Assembly: GCA_964489065.1 (NCBI GenBank)
Contig: CAZAXH010000003.1
Coordinates: 255,104-319,103 of the forward strand
Length of the DNA stretch: 64,000 nucleotides
DNA from: an uncultured Planctomycetales bacterium
Lineage (GTDB): Bacteria; Omnitrophota; Gorgyraeia; Zapsychrales; JANLHA01
Reading direction: 5' to 3'
The position numbers and the translations under genes were made by a program. This document shows positions 1 through 8,758 of this stretch, piece by piece (position 1 is the stretch's first letter; each line of letters starts with the position of its first letter). Below the pieces are notes generated by a model. The model had not been told where the DNA came from. It saw only the letters and a list, made by a program, of their open reading frames with translations, and made no database searches.

Positions 1-849
1 CTGATCGTGATTCTGTGGTCCTGTATCGCCCAAGCCCGCGGCCGGGACGTAAAAAGCATCTGGACGCGTTATCTCGCATGGTTTTTGATCGCGCCGCCGA
101 TTATTATCCCGTTGATCTGGGGGAGGGTTCCTTTTATTATTTTGATGGGGCTCCTTTCGCTTTTGTGCTTTCGGGAATACGCTCATGCCGTTGGCCTGTG
201 GCGGGACAAGGCGCTTATGTGGATTTGCTATATAGGGATTGTCTGCATCTACGGGCCCATTTTTGGTTTCGAATACGGGATATTTCAGGCCATGCCCATT
301 TACGTCATCGCGTTTATCCTGACCGTTCCGATGCATCGGGATGAATACGAGCACATGATTCAGAAGATTTGCCTGGCGGTCCTGGGGGTTGTTTATTTTG
401 GATGGTTTTTTTCCCACCTGGCGTATCTGCGCAACCTCTCTTACGGGATGCTGGCCACCTTTTTTCTGGTCCTGCTCGTGGAAAGCAACGATGCCTGCGC
501 TTATCTGTGGGGCACGGTGTTCGGCAAACATAAATTGATCCCGCGGTTAAGCCCGAACAAAACGGTCGAAGGCATGTCCGGCGCCATCGTTTCGGTTGTG
601 GGGCTGGCCTTCGCGTTCCGGTTTCTTGTGCCCTTCGTTTCCGCGGCGCACCTCGCCGTCCTGGCTTTTGCCGTGTCCGTCTTCGGAATGTGCGGAGACC
701 TGACGATCTCGTTTATAAAGCGGGATTTGAAGATTAAGGATATGGGGAGCCTGATCCCCGGCCACGGAGGCTTGCTGGACCGGTTTGACAGCATTATCTT
801 CACGGCGCCGATCTTCTTCCATTTTTTGAGGTACCTCTATGGAGAATAG
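1..849 (+). CDS. cdsA: Phosphatidate cytidylyltransferase (CDP-diglyceride synthase), probably 5'-truncated by the window edge
   Basis: Multi-TM protein whose C-terminal signature is SPNKTVEG...GDLxISxxKRDxKxKDxGxLIPGHGGLLDRFDS. The reading frame is open to nt 1. Confidence 0.85.
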   Translation: MIVILWSCIAQARGRDVKSIWTRYLAWFLIAPPIIIPLIWGRVPFIILMGLLSLLCFREYAHAVGLWRDKALMWICYIGIVCIYGPIFGFEYGIFQAMPIYVIAFILTVPMHRDEYEHMIQKICLAVLGVVYFGWFFSHLAYLRNLSYGMLATFFLVLLVESNDACAYLWGTVFGKHKLIPRLSPNKTVEGMSGAIVSVVGLAFAFRFLVPFVSAAHLAVLAFAVSVFGMCGDLTISFIKRDLKIKDMGSLIPGHGGLLDRFDSIIFTAPIFFHFLRYLYGE

Positions 850-1540
850 CTGGGAATTTGACCGGCCCCCGTCGGCGTTGGAGCTGGTGCAGAATAATTT
901 TTTCTCGAATTTCTTGAGGACGGTTCTGCATGTTTTCGTGAGACTGTCTTTCCGTTATTACCACCGTTTTCAAACCTTGAATAAAGAGCGCCTGGCGGGA
1001 GTCCAGGCAAAAATCATCGCCGCCAACCATGCCAGCCATCTGGATGTTTTGGCGCTGTTCAGCGCGTTTCCCTTGAAAGACATCAACCGCGTCCGGACTT
1101 TTGCCGCCAAGGATTATTTTTTTAAGAATCCGTTTTTGCGCTGCATGGCTTTTTTTTTCGCCAATGTTATCCCGATCGACCGCCAGGGATGGAGCGCGGA
1201 ATCCCTGGCTTACGCCGGGCGCTCTCTCGCGGCCGGCGGGGTTCTTATTATTTTCCCGGAAGGGACGCGGTCCGTTGACGGGGAAATTCACGCCTTTCGG
1301 CCGGGGACCGGGATGCTGGCCCTGCGCTACCGGGTTCCCATGATTCCGGTTTATATTGACGGGACTTTTTCCTGCCAAAAAAAAGGGGACTGTTTTCCTA
1401 AACCGCATAAAATCCGTGTTGCCGCGGGGACTCCGGTTGATTTTTCGTGTTTAGAGAATACGCGGCAGAACTGGGAAGCGGTCTCGCGCGAATTGGAGCT
1501 ACGCATTAAAAACCTCAAGGAGGAAATAAAACATGTTTAA
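839..1540 (+). CDS. plsC: 1-acyl-sn-glycerol-3-phosphate acyltransferase
   Basis: HxxxxD acyltransferase motif (NHASHLD) and FPEGTRS motif. It overlaps the cdsA stop, which suggests translational coupling. Confidence 0.85.
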   Translation: MENSWEFDRPPSALELVQNNFFSNFLRTVLHVFVRLSFRYYHRFQTLNKERLAGVQAKIIAANHASHLDVLALFSAFPLKDINRVRTFAAKDYFFKNPFLRCMAFFFANVIPIDRQGWSAESLAYAGRSLAAGGVLIIFPEGTRSVDGEIHAFRPGTGMLALRYRVPMIPVYIDGTFSCQKKGDCFPKPHKIRVAAGTPVDFSCLENTRQNWEAVSRELELRIKNLKEEIKHV

Positions 1541-2336
1541 AAGATTTAAGATTGTCTTGATGAAATTCCTCGTCAACACCATCGGCCGGACCAGCGACGG
1601 CATACGGATGAGTTTTCAATACGGTTTTATATCGGGAAAGATGCTTGATTATATTTATGCCAACCGTCCGTCGGGAAAGTTCCTGATCGGGGCATGGATT
1701 GACCGGATTTATCTTTCGCATCCCGGATGGCGGGTGATCCGGGAACGGAAGGATAACCTTGTCCGGGCTTTGACGCGGGCCGTTCAGTTGACGTTGAAGG
1801 AGAAGAAATCCGTCCGTATTTTAGACGTGGCGTCGGGTCCGGCGCAGTATATGATCGATGTCATGAAGCAGTTTCCGGCCGATGCCGTGGTGGCCGTGTG
1901 CCGGGACTATGACCCGAAGTGGGTCAGGGAAGGGCAGAACAAGGCGGCCGCGGCCGGCTTGACGAATATCTCGTTCGCGCAAGGGGACGCCTTTGACACG
2001 GATAGTTTCAAAGATTTGTCGGGCACGCAGGACGTCGCCGTGTCCTCGGGGTTTTATGACTGGATTGTCGAAGATCATTTGGTTAAAACATCCATGAAGA
2101 TCATTCATGGCATCCTTCGTCCGGGCGGGTATTTTGTGTTTACGAATCAGAGCGGGCATGTCGACCTGGATATGGTGGAGGAGATTTTTGTGGATTTTAA
2201 TAAGGACCCGCTTCGGATGAAGACGCGGCCGGCCGAGCTTATCAATGGCTGGGCCCGGGAAGCCGGCTTTGAGATCATAGACACGGCGGCCGATGATAAG
2301 AAGCATTATTCGGTAACGCTGGCCTTGAAAAAATAA
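1533..2336 (+). CDS. Class I SAM-dependent methyltransferase
   Basis: Gly-rich SAM-binding motif ILDVASGPAQY followed by an acidic residue. It sits downstream of cdsA-plsC, so a lipid head-group methyltransferase is possible but unproven. Confidence 0.6.
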   Translation: MFKRFKIVLMKFLVNTIGRTSDGIRMSFQYGFISGKMLDYIYANRPSGKFLIGAWIDRIYLSHPGWRVIRERKDNLVRALTRAVQLTLKEKKSVRILDVASGPAQYMIDVMKQFPADAVVAVCRDYDPKWVREGQNKAAAAGLTNISFAQGDAFDTDSFKDLSGTQDVAVSSGFYDWIVEDHLVKTSMKIIHGILRPGGYFVFTNQSGHVDLDMVEEIFVDFNKDPLRMKTRPAELINGWAREAGFEIIDTAADDKKHYSVTLALKK

Positions 2337-2378
2337 GCCATGCCAGGACTGGGCCAGGATGATGCGGCGTCAGGCCTG

Positions 2379-2470
2379 CCTTTAGCGAGTGAGCTAAGCG
2401 AACGAGCTGAAGGATTTGGTTTAGGAAACCCGAAGGGCAGGATGCTACTTATTAACCCGCAGTTCCATAA
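2379..2470 (+). repeat. R2 element, partial degenerate copy (middle segment only)
   Basis: Shares GCGAGTGAGCtAAGCGAACGAGcTGAAGGAT and TTAACCCGCAG with the R2 copies at 14578 and 62407. It ends at the RBS of the GYD gene. Confidence 0.4.
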
Positions 2471-2484
2471 CAAGGAGGTGCTTC

Positions 2485-2763
2485 ATGGCGACTTTTTTGA
2501 TGTTAGGAAAATATTCCGCAGAAGGATTGAAGGGGGCCAGTAGCGCGCGCACGAAGACGGCTGTTGCGGCGCTTGAAAAAGCCGGTGGGAAAGTCAAGGC
2601 CATGTATGCCTTATTGGGAGAATACGATTTGGCCTTTGTCCTTGATTTTCCAGGTATGACCGAGGCCATGAAGGGTTCTCTGGCATTGGCGAAGCTGACC
2701 GGGATCGGATTTGTCACTTCCCCGGCGGTCAGTATTGAGGAATTCGATACGCTGGTGAAGTGA
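2485..2763 (+). CDS. GYD domain protein
   Basis: 92 aa with the GxYD motif (LGEYDLAFVLDFP) typical of the GYD family. AAGGAGG RBS 6 nt upstream. Confidence 0.75.
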   Translation: MATFLMLGKYSAEGLKGASSARTKTAVAALEKAGGKVKAMYALLGEYDLAFVLDFPGMTEAMKGSLALAKLTGIGFVTSPAVSIEEFDTLVK

Positions 2764-2857
2764 CCCGGCTTTTAATTCGGATGGGGCAGAAACGGGGTGT
2801 GACCATAAAATTTTTATGAGGGACGTCCCGTTTCTTTTTGAGCAGTGTGTTTTGAAA

Positions 2858-2975
2858 TATTTATCCACCTTCTGCTTAGGGGATGTCCGCGCGTATGTCA
2901 AGAAGGCAGGCCATTGCGCGAAGCGAATTTTAATCCCATCGGGCAGGCCCCGTCTCTTGAAGGCGGGGATGAGAG
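2858..2975 (+). repeat. R1 intergenic repeat, copy a (shorter and more divergent)
   Basis: Contains GGATGTCCGCGCGTATGTcAAGAAG and GCGCGAAGCGaATT, and ends in the CCCCG...CGGGG hairpin. These cores are shared with six other copies. Confidence 0.5.
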
Positions 2976-3049
2976 TAAAATCCATCGGCTCGGCCGCTGA
3001 ACAAGCAAACGTGAAAACGTAAGAGCCCCGCCTGTGAAGGCACGGGGCT

Positions 3050-3739
3050 TTATTTTTTCTTTTGGGCGCGGACTCCGTAATTGATCATGACGGGAAACAG
3101 GGTGTCGCCGTACCGGTCAAAGAAGGGGAGGACCTGTTTGGCCAGGGGAATCTGCCAGGGGAAGAGGTGACATCCGGAAACACGGATGTTCTCGAACCCT
3201 GTCTTTTTGAGCCATTTTTGGGTCGTGGCCGGCCACGTCCATGTTTCAAGGCCGCTGAATTTTCGGATTTTTAGCCGCTGGGCGGTCCAGAGAACAGGGT
3301 ACCAGAGTTTGTTGGGAGTCGTGATAACCAGCCAGCCTTGTTTTTTAAGCACGCGCTGCATTTCAGTCAGGGCGGCGTAAGGCTGCGGCGTGTGTTCGAT
3401 GCATTCGGAACTGACAACGAGATCAAATGTCCCCTCTCCGGCTGGAAGGCGGACACAATCCCCCGCCAGGCCGGAACATTGCATCCGCCGCGCCACATCG
3501 TCCGTGAGTTTCGGCGAGATATCGTTGACCGTGAGGTTCCCGGTGAGCTGTCTGAGCTTTTGGGAAATTTTGCCGGTGCCGCAGCCGATTTCCAGCACCG
3601 CCGGGTTATCGGGCAAAGAAACGGAGCCGAGTAGGTGGTCAAAAATCAGGCGGATCCGGCGTTCCACGTCATAGGCGGACATAAAACGGTCAAAATCATC
3701 ACCCAGATTTTCAAAGTAATAAGCGCCGTTATTTTTCAT
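3050..3739 (-). CDS. Class I SAM-dependent methyltransferase
   Basis: Motif I LEIGCGTGKIS, then an acidic loop and motif-II-like DLVVSSECIEH. It lies 12 nt downstream of the GT2 gene and is co-oriented with it. Confidence 0.75.
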   Translation of the reverse strand: MKNNGAYYFENLGDDFDRFMSAYDVERRIRLIFDHLLGSVSLPDNPAVLEIGCGTGKISQKLRQLTGNLTVNDISPKLTDDVARRMQCSGLAGDCVRLPAGEGTFDLVVSSECIEHTPQPYAALTEMQRVLKKQGWLVITTPNKLWYPVLWTAQRLKIRKFSGLETWTWPATTQKWLKKTGFENIRVSGCHLFPWQIPLAKQVLPFFDRYGDTLFPVMINYGVRAQKKK

Positions 3740-3750
3740 GAGGGAGATTT

Positions 3751-4680
3751 TTAGAAGTTAACTTTTTCATTCACGATAAATTTGGGCCGGTTTTTGAGAC
3801 ATTCATGGATGCTGGCGATATAAATGCCGATGCATCCCAGGAGGATGAACTGGATGCCGAAGAGCAGGGAAATAATCCCCACGGTTGATGCCCATCCCGG
3901 GACGGTCACGCCTTCGAAATATTTCATAATGATGAAGGTTAGTTCCAAAAAAGCAAAAGCACTGGTGATGATCCCCACCCAAATGCCTAATTTGATGGGC
4001 ATGGAAGAAAAACTGATGATGGCGGACAGGGCGAACCGGCACATGTTTTTTAGTCCGTATTTAGTTTTTCCGGAGACTCGCTGTCCTTCTTGATATGGGA
4101 TGGATGTCGCGGGAAACCCGACCCAACTTACGATGCCGCGGAAAAAGAGGTTCACGTCGTTGATGCCCAGGATGTTTTCCAGGACCTGCCGGTCGATGAG
4201 CCGGAAATCCGAACTCCCTTCCTGAACCGGGATTCCGGAGAGGAAGGAAAATAATTTGTAAAAGTAAAAAGAGGAAAGCCGCTTAAGGGCGGATGTCTTT
4301 TGGCTGGTCACCCGTCTGGTGTTCACGATTTTATACCCTGCGGACCACGCGGCAAACAGGTCTTTAATGAGTTCCGGCGGGTGCTGCAGGTCGCCGTCCA
4401 TCGTGACGATGGCTTTGCCTGAGGAAAAGCGCAGACCCGATAAAAGGGCGTGCTGGTGGCCGAAGTTGCGGGACAAGGAGAGCCCTTTGACGCGCGGGTC
4501 GCCCTGGGCGGCGGAGAGAATCTGTCCCCATGTCGCGTCCTGGCTGCCGTCATTGATCAGAATAATTTCATAAGGGATATTCAGGTCTTTCATCTCCCGG
4601 GTCAGTTTTTGAACAAGGGGGGCGACATTCTGTTCTTCATTCATCATGGGGACGATGACGGATAATATCGGCGCCGGCAA
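3751..4680 (-). CDS. GT2-family polyprenyl-phosphate glycosyltransferase (Dpm1/ArnC/GtrB-like)
   Basis: IVPMMNEE...DGSQD...DGDLQHPPE (DXD-type GT-A motifs) followed by C-terminal TM helices, as in Dol-P/Und-P sugar synthases. Confidence 0.85.
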   Translation of the reverse strand: MPAPILSVIVPMMNEEQNVAPLVQKLTREMKDLNIPYEIILINDGSQDATWGQILSAAQGDPRVKGLSLSRNFGHQHALLSGLRFSSGKAIVTMDGDLQHPPELIKDLFAAWSAGYKIVNTRRVTSQKTSALKRLSSFYFYKLFSFLSGIPVQEGSSDFRLIDRQVLENILGINDVNLFFRGIVSWVGFPATSIPYQEGQRVSGKTKYGLKNMCRFALSAIISFSSMPIKLGIWVGIITSAFAFLELTFIIMKYFEGVTVPGWASTVGIISLLFGIQFILLGCIGIYIASIHECLKNRPKFIVNEKVNF

Positions 4681-4721
4681 TTTTGTCCTCCCGGGGTTTC
4701 GTGCTTTTTTGTTGGGAAATT

Positions 4722-4856
4722 TTTATTCGCCTTCGCAGAAGACCGCGAGCAGTCCTGTGGCCGTCTCCTTCAGAGATGTTCGCACGGATGTTAAGACATC
4801 CGGTCATTCCGCGAAGCGGATTGTTCATGGGAAACACACCCCTGGGCGCGGCCCCT
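4722..4856 (+). repeat. R1 intergenic repeat, copy b
   Basis: TTATTCGCCTTCGCAGAAGACC...GATGTTCGCACGGATGTTAAGA...CATTCCGCGAAGCGGATTGTTCATGGG...GGGCGCGG. Confidence 0.6.
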
Positions 4857-5048
4857 ATGAAAATTGAATTTATTATAGCAGAGAATTCCGGAAAATAAAC
4901 CGCTCTTTGTGAACTTAAGGGAAGTGATTTTTTCCCCTCCGCGGTATTTTTCCTTAAATCAATGTATTCTTATTAAAATAAGCTATAATAAAAAAGTTAA
5001 AATGGTTTTTGAGGATAAATGTTTTTTCCCGGAGGAGGGTATGCCGTT

Positions 5049-6350
5049 ATGATTTCAGCGTGTGCCCGCTGCCGTTTTAGGAAAACAGCTTTTTGGGGAC
5101 TGCCTGTTCTGGCGGCCTGGCTGCTTTTGTCCGGGACGGCCGGCGCTTTAACCGATGAAGGGGCGTTATTGTTTGAACAGTCCCGGAAGAGCGTTTTTCA
5201 GATTCGGGTTATTGATCAGGCGACGGATGAAAAATCGACGACCGGTTCCGGTTTTTATATCAGCCCGGCCGGGCACATGGTCACAAATTACCATGTTGTT
5301 GCGGATTATGTCATGAAGCCAGCGCAGTATCAAATTAAATCCCTGAACGAAGACGGTTCTTTCGGAACTCTGGAACTTATTTGTTTTGATGTTGTCCATG
5401 ATTTGGCCATTCTTTTGGATGAAAGGGGTTCGGATTCTTACTTGGAGCTTGGCCATTCCCAGTTGGCAAAGGGGGAACGTATTTTCAGCATGGGCAACCC
5501 TTATGATTTGGGAATGTCGATTATCGAAGGCACGTTTAACGGGCTCATGGAAAAGGCCATGTACCGTAAAGTCCTGTTCTCGGCCTCTCTTAATCCGGGG
5601 ATGAGCGGCGGGCCGGCTTTAAACCGTCAGGGAGAGGTGGTCGGTGTCAATGTTTCAACGATGGGTAACGATGTCAGCTTCCTGGTTCCGGTTGAGTTTC
5701 TCAAAGACCTTTACCGGGAGGCCGCTGGGCAAACGGGAGGTCCGCAGGGCAGCCTGGAAGAAATGATCGAACAGCAGGTGTTGGCGCAGCAGAACCGGTT
5801 TATTGATCATCTCCTGTCGTCTTCCTGGGATCATGTGGGGATGGGGGATATTTTAATCCCCGGGGAGATCGCCGCTCCCATTAAATGCTGGAGCAAGACG
5901 GAAGATAAGGAGAAGGAACTGGTGGTCAAGGTCCGCACGATGTGCAGCAGCGAGGACACCATTTACATCAATGAGCAGATGAACACCGCGGATTATTCAT
6001 ACTGGTTTTTGCAGCATATCAACAGGGGGATGAACGCGTTTCGTTTTTACAACAGCCTTGTTGAAGATTACGCGGGAGCCTTTTCTTTTCGGAACGAAGA
6101 GGATGAGTTTTTTACGAAGTTCCAATGCCGGGATGATTTTGTGGAGATCGCCGGCCGTCGTTGGAAAGCGGCGCTGTGCGTGCGGCAGTATAAACGTTTT
6201 CGGAAGCTTTTTGACCTGAATTTTATTTTAAGCACGGTGGACGAATTCGACCGCGGGCTTATGGGCGCGTTTGCGGTCAAGGGCGTCAGCCGGGAGGCGG
6301 GGCAGAATCTGATCCGGAAATTTATGGAGGAAATACGGTGGCAAAAATAG
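5049..6350 (+). CDS. Secreted trypsin-like serine protease (S1 family) with an uncharacterised ~230-aa C-terminal domain
   Basis: Signal peptide; catalytic triad contexts TNYHVV (His), HDLAIL (Asp) and GMSGGPAL (Ser); no recognisable PDZ domain. A GGAGGAGGG RBS lies 8 nt upstream of the ATG at 5049, so I prefer that start over the ORF-track start at 5019. Confidence 0.8.
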   Translation: MISACARCRFRKTAFWGLPVLAAWLLLSGTAGALTDEGALLFEQSRKSVFQIRVIDQATDEKSTTGSGFYISPAGHMVTNYHVVADYVMKPAQYQIKSLNEDGSFGTLELICFDVVHDLAILLDERGSDSYLELGHSQLAKGERIFSMGNPYDLGMSIIEGTFNGLMEKAMYRKVLFSASLNPGMSGGPALNRQGEVVGVNVSTMGNDVSFLVPVEFLKDLYREAAGQTGGPQGSLEEMIEQQVLAQQNRFIDHLLSSSWDHVGMGDILIPGEIAAPIKCWSKTEDKEKELVVKVRTMCSSEDTIYINEQMNTADYSYWFLQHINRGMNAFRFYNSLVEDYAGAFSFRNEEDEFFTKFQCRDDFVEIAGRRWKAALCVRQYKRFRKLFDLNFILSTVDEFDRGLMGAFAVKGVSREAGQNLIRKFMEEIRWQK

Positions 6351-7306
6351 TGCTTGAGATCGCCTTGGAATCCCGTTCCCACAAGGAGGTGAGGGTTTTT
6401 GATTCGGGCAGGGTCACAGTCGGACGCGGGTTTGACAATGACGTTATTTTAGCCGATCCGTATGTGTCGCCCCGGCACATGGTGGTGGAGAGGATCGGGG
6501 AGTCTGTGCGGATCCGGGATACGGGGTCTGAGAACGGCACCTGTGTCGCCGGAGTTAAACACCGGGGAGAAGACGTTGAAATCCCTTCTGGCGCGGAAAT
6601 CGTGATCGGGAAAACGCGCCTCCGCGTTTATCATGAAACGCATCCGGTGGCCCCGGCCCGTATGCTTGTTGAAAATAATGCTTTTTTAAAATTGACCGGG
6701 CATCCGGTTTTTGCCTGGGCGCTTGTGCTGGCGGTGGCCGGGCTGGCCCTGCTGGAAGCCCATTGGGGCACCACCAGAAACGAAAACCTGCTGAAACTGC
6801 TTCCGGCACCTATCGGAGTTCTGTCCTCGGTCTTGGTTTGGGCGGGGTTCTGGACCTTTATCGGCCGGCTTTTGCGCCACAAAATGTATTTTTGGGAACA
6901 TGTTTCCATTTGCTGCCTTTGGTTTCTGGCCAGTGAACTTATGGACAATGTTATTCATTACACCGCCTTTTACGGGAACAGCAAAACGGCCGGCCTTATT
7001 TTGGGATATACCGTCAACAGTGGGCTTTTTATCGCGGTTTTGTTCGCGACGCTGACATTTGCGGCTAATATGACGTCTAGAAAAAAAATAATTTTTGCCG
7101 GCGTGTTTACCGGCGTCATCGTGCTTTCTTCCGCGGGGCTGTGGTTGTCCATCTCGGAGTATTATGCGTGGGAGCCGCCGTACGACACCGTGTTGAAACC
7201 TCCGGTTTTTGGCGTGCGGCCGGGCTGCTCTATTTCCGATTTTGTCGGACGCGCGGACCGGCTGTTTGAGTTTAAGGCCTTTCAAAAAGGCAACAGGGCA
7301 GGATGA
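6338..7306 (+). CDS. FHA-domain membrane protein (N-terminal FHA plus a C-terminal multi-TM region)
   Basis: FHA signature VTVGRGxDNDVIL...SPRHMVV...IRDTGSENGTCV followed by four or more hydrophobic helices. GTG start with a GGAGG RBS; overlaps the protease gene by 13 nt. Confidence 0.75.
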   Translation: MAKIVLEIALESRSHKEVRVFDSGRVTVGRGFDNDVILADPYVSPRHMVVERIGESVRIRDTGSENGTCVAGVKHRGEDVEIPSGAEIVIGKTRLRVYHETHPVAPARMLVENNAFLKLTGHPVFAWALVLAVAGLALLEAHWGTTRNENLLKLLPAPIGVLSSVLVWAGFWTFIGRLLRHKMYFWEHVSICCLWFLASELMDNVIHYTAFYGNSKTAGLILGYTVNSGLFIAVLFATLTFAANMTSRKKIIFAGVFTGVIVLSSAGLWLSISEYYAWEPPYDTVLKPPVFGVRPGCSISDFVGRADRLFEFKAFQKGNRAG

Positions 7307-7307
7307 G

Positions 7308-7470
7308 GATTATCTCCGACTTCGCCGGAAGATCCCGGGCATGCCTGTGGAGGAACGCGGGAGGTTTATCAGGTCTTCTGTTCCGGGGATGTCCGCGTGT
7401 ATATTAAGACGTAAGAGCGTTCCGCGAAGCGGATTATTCGCAGGGGCCACGCCCATGGGCGTGAGGCTTC
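7308..7470 (+). repeat. R1 intergenic repeat, copy c
   Basis: GCATGCCTGTGGAGGAACGCGGGAGGTTTATCAGGTCTTCTG...GGATGTCCGCGTGTATATTAAGA...GTTCCGCGAAGCGGATTATTCG...CACGCCCATGGGCGTG. Confidence 0.6.
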
Positions 7471-7496
7471 ATTACAATACAAGAAGGGGGGTTAAA

Positions 7497-7922
7497 ATGA
7501 CGCAACAAGTTAAATGGACGCTGGGGATCGTGGCTGTTTTCGTGGGGCTTGTTTTGTCTCTTGTGTTGTTCCGTTCTTGGTACAATACAAAACATTCTGT
7601 TACCGCGGATGAGGAGGTTATGGCTGTGGTCAAGGAGCTTAACGCCCAATTGCCGAAGATGCTGGACGATGATACGCGGCTAGAACGGATTGAGGGGGGG
7701 CCGGGCAAGAAATTGGTTTATATTTGCACCATGGTGAATTATTCGTCCCAGGATATCAGCAAGGAGCTGTTCGACAAGGAGGTGGCTCCTTACGTTAAAC
7801 AGGGCCTCCAGACGGACAGGACCCTGTATCCTTTGTTCAGAAAAGGGATCACGATTGTTTACCGTTACTTTGGGAGTGACGGGGTTTATATTTCGGAGGT
7901 CGTCAAGCGGCCCCATGAATAA
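7497..7922 (+). CDS. Hypothetical membrane-anchored protein
   Basis: ORF with an N-terminal TM helix (WTLGIVAVFVGLVLSLVLF). The ORF-track start at 7209 lies inside repeat R1-c, so I take the first post-repeat ATG (MTQQ) as the start. Confidence 0.5.
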   Translation: MTQQVKWTLGIVAVFVGLVLSLVLFRSWYNTKHSVTADEEVMAVVKELNAQLPKMLDDDTRLERIEGGPGKKLVYICTMVNYSSQDISKELFDKEVAPYVKQGLQTDRTLYPLFRKGITIVYRYFGSDGVYISEVVKRPHE

Positions 7923-8005
7923 CAGGCCGCTGCCGGCCGGGCCAGAGGCGCTGTGGATGGTCTAGGGGGGGCAAGCCTGAAGTCATTACCGGTAAGGAGC
8001 CAGGG

Positions 8006-8530
8006 ATGATATTACAAGAGATTGTTGTCCGGGGGGAACAGGCACAGGATATTGCCGGGATCCGGGAGGTGAATCAGGCCGCTTTCGGCCAGGCCCAGGA
8101 AGGCCGGATTGTGGATGTTTTAAGAAATAATTGCCGCGATATCCTTTCGCTGGTCGCTGTTTTTCAGGGACGTGTGGTGGGTCATATCTTGTTCAGTCCG
8201 GTGTCGATTCTCATGAAAGAACGGACAGTTACAGGCGTGGGGTTGGCCCCGATGGCGGTGCTTCCCGAGTTTCAGAGAATGGGGGTCGGCACCACCCTGC
8301 TCCGGACAGGGATATTTTCTTTGAGGGCCAGGGCATGCCCGTTTATTATTGTTTTGGGGCAACCGCAATATTATTCGCGTTTTGGATTCGAAAAAGCCAG
8401 CGCTTATCATATCGAAAGCGAATGGGATATCCCGGAAGAGGCCTTCCTGATCATGATTCTTGATTCTATCGCCATGAAGGGGGTGCAGGGGACAGCCCGC
8501 TACCGTCCGGAATTTGCTGAAACCGTGTAA
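8006..8530 (+). CDS. GNAT-family N-acetyltransferase
   Basis: Acetyl-CoA binding motif QRMGVGTTLL (Q/RxxGxG/A) in the GNAT core. Confidence 0.8.
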   Translation: MILQEIVVRGEQAQDIAGIREVNQAAFGQAQEGRIVDVLRNNCRDILSLVAVFQGRVVGHILFSPVSILMKERTVTGVGLAPMAVLPEFQRMGVGTTLLRTGIFSLRARACPFIIVLGQPQYYSRFGFEKASAYHIESEWDIPEEAFLIMILDSIAMKGVQGTARYRPEFAETV

Positions 8531-8758
8531 TTTTATATCCCGGCTTTGTCGTCTGCCGGGAAAACGGAAAGCGCCCTTTTTCGGTAAAAAATGAGGTATT
8601 TCCCGTGGATATATTTGATTTGTGTTACAATGAATACGGTCTTCCAAAAAAAAGAAAAGGTCGAGGATCTGGCGCGCTGGGCGTGGGGTATTGTGTTTGT
8701 CAGGCGAAGATGGCCTTTAGAAGTTTAGGATGTTCGCAAAAAAGGAGGGCTTTATCCC

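Noticed and set aside
15-344. ORF 15-344 (+), ORF 800-1408 (-) and similar overlapping ORFs in the cdsA/plsC region
   Set aside because: They overlap motif-supported genes in other frames and have no recognisable features.
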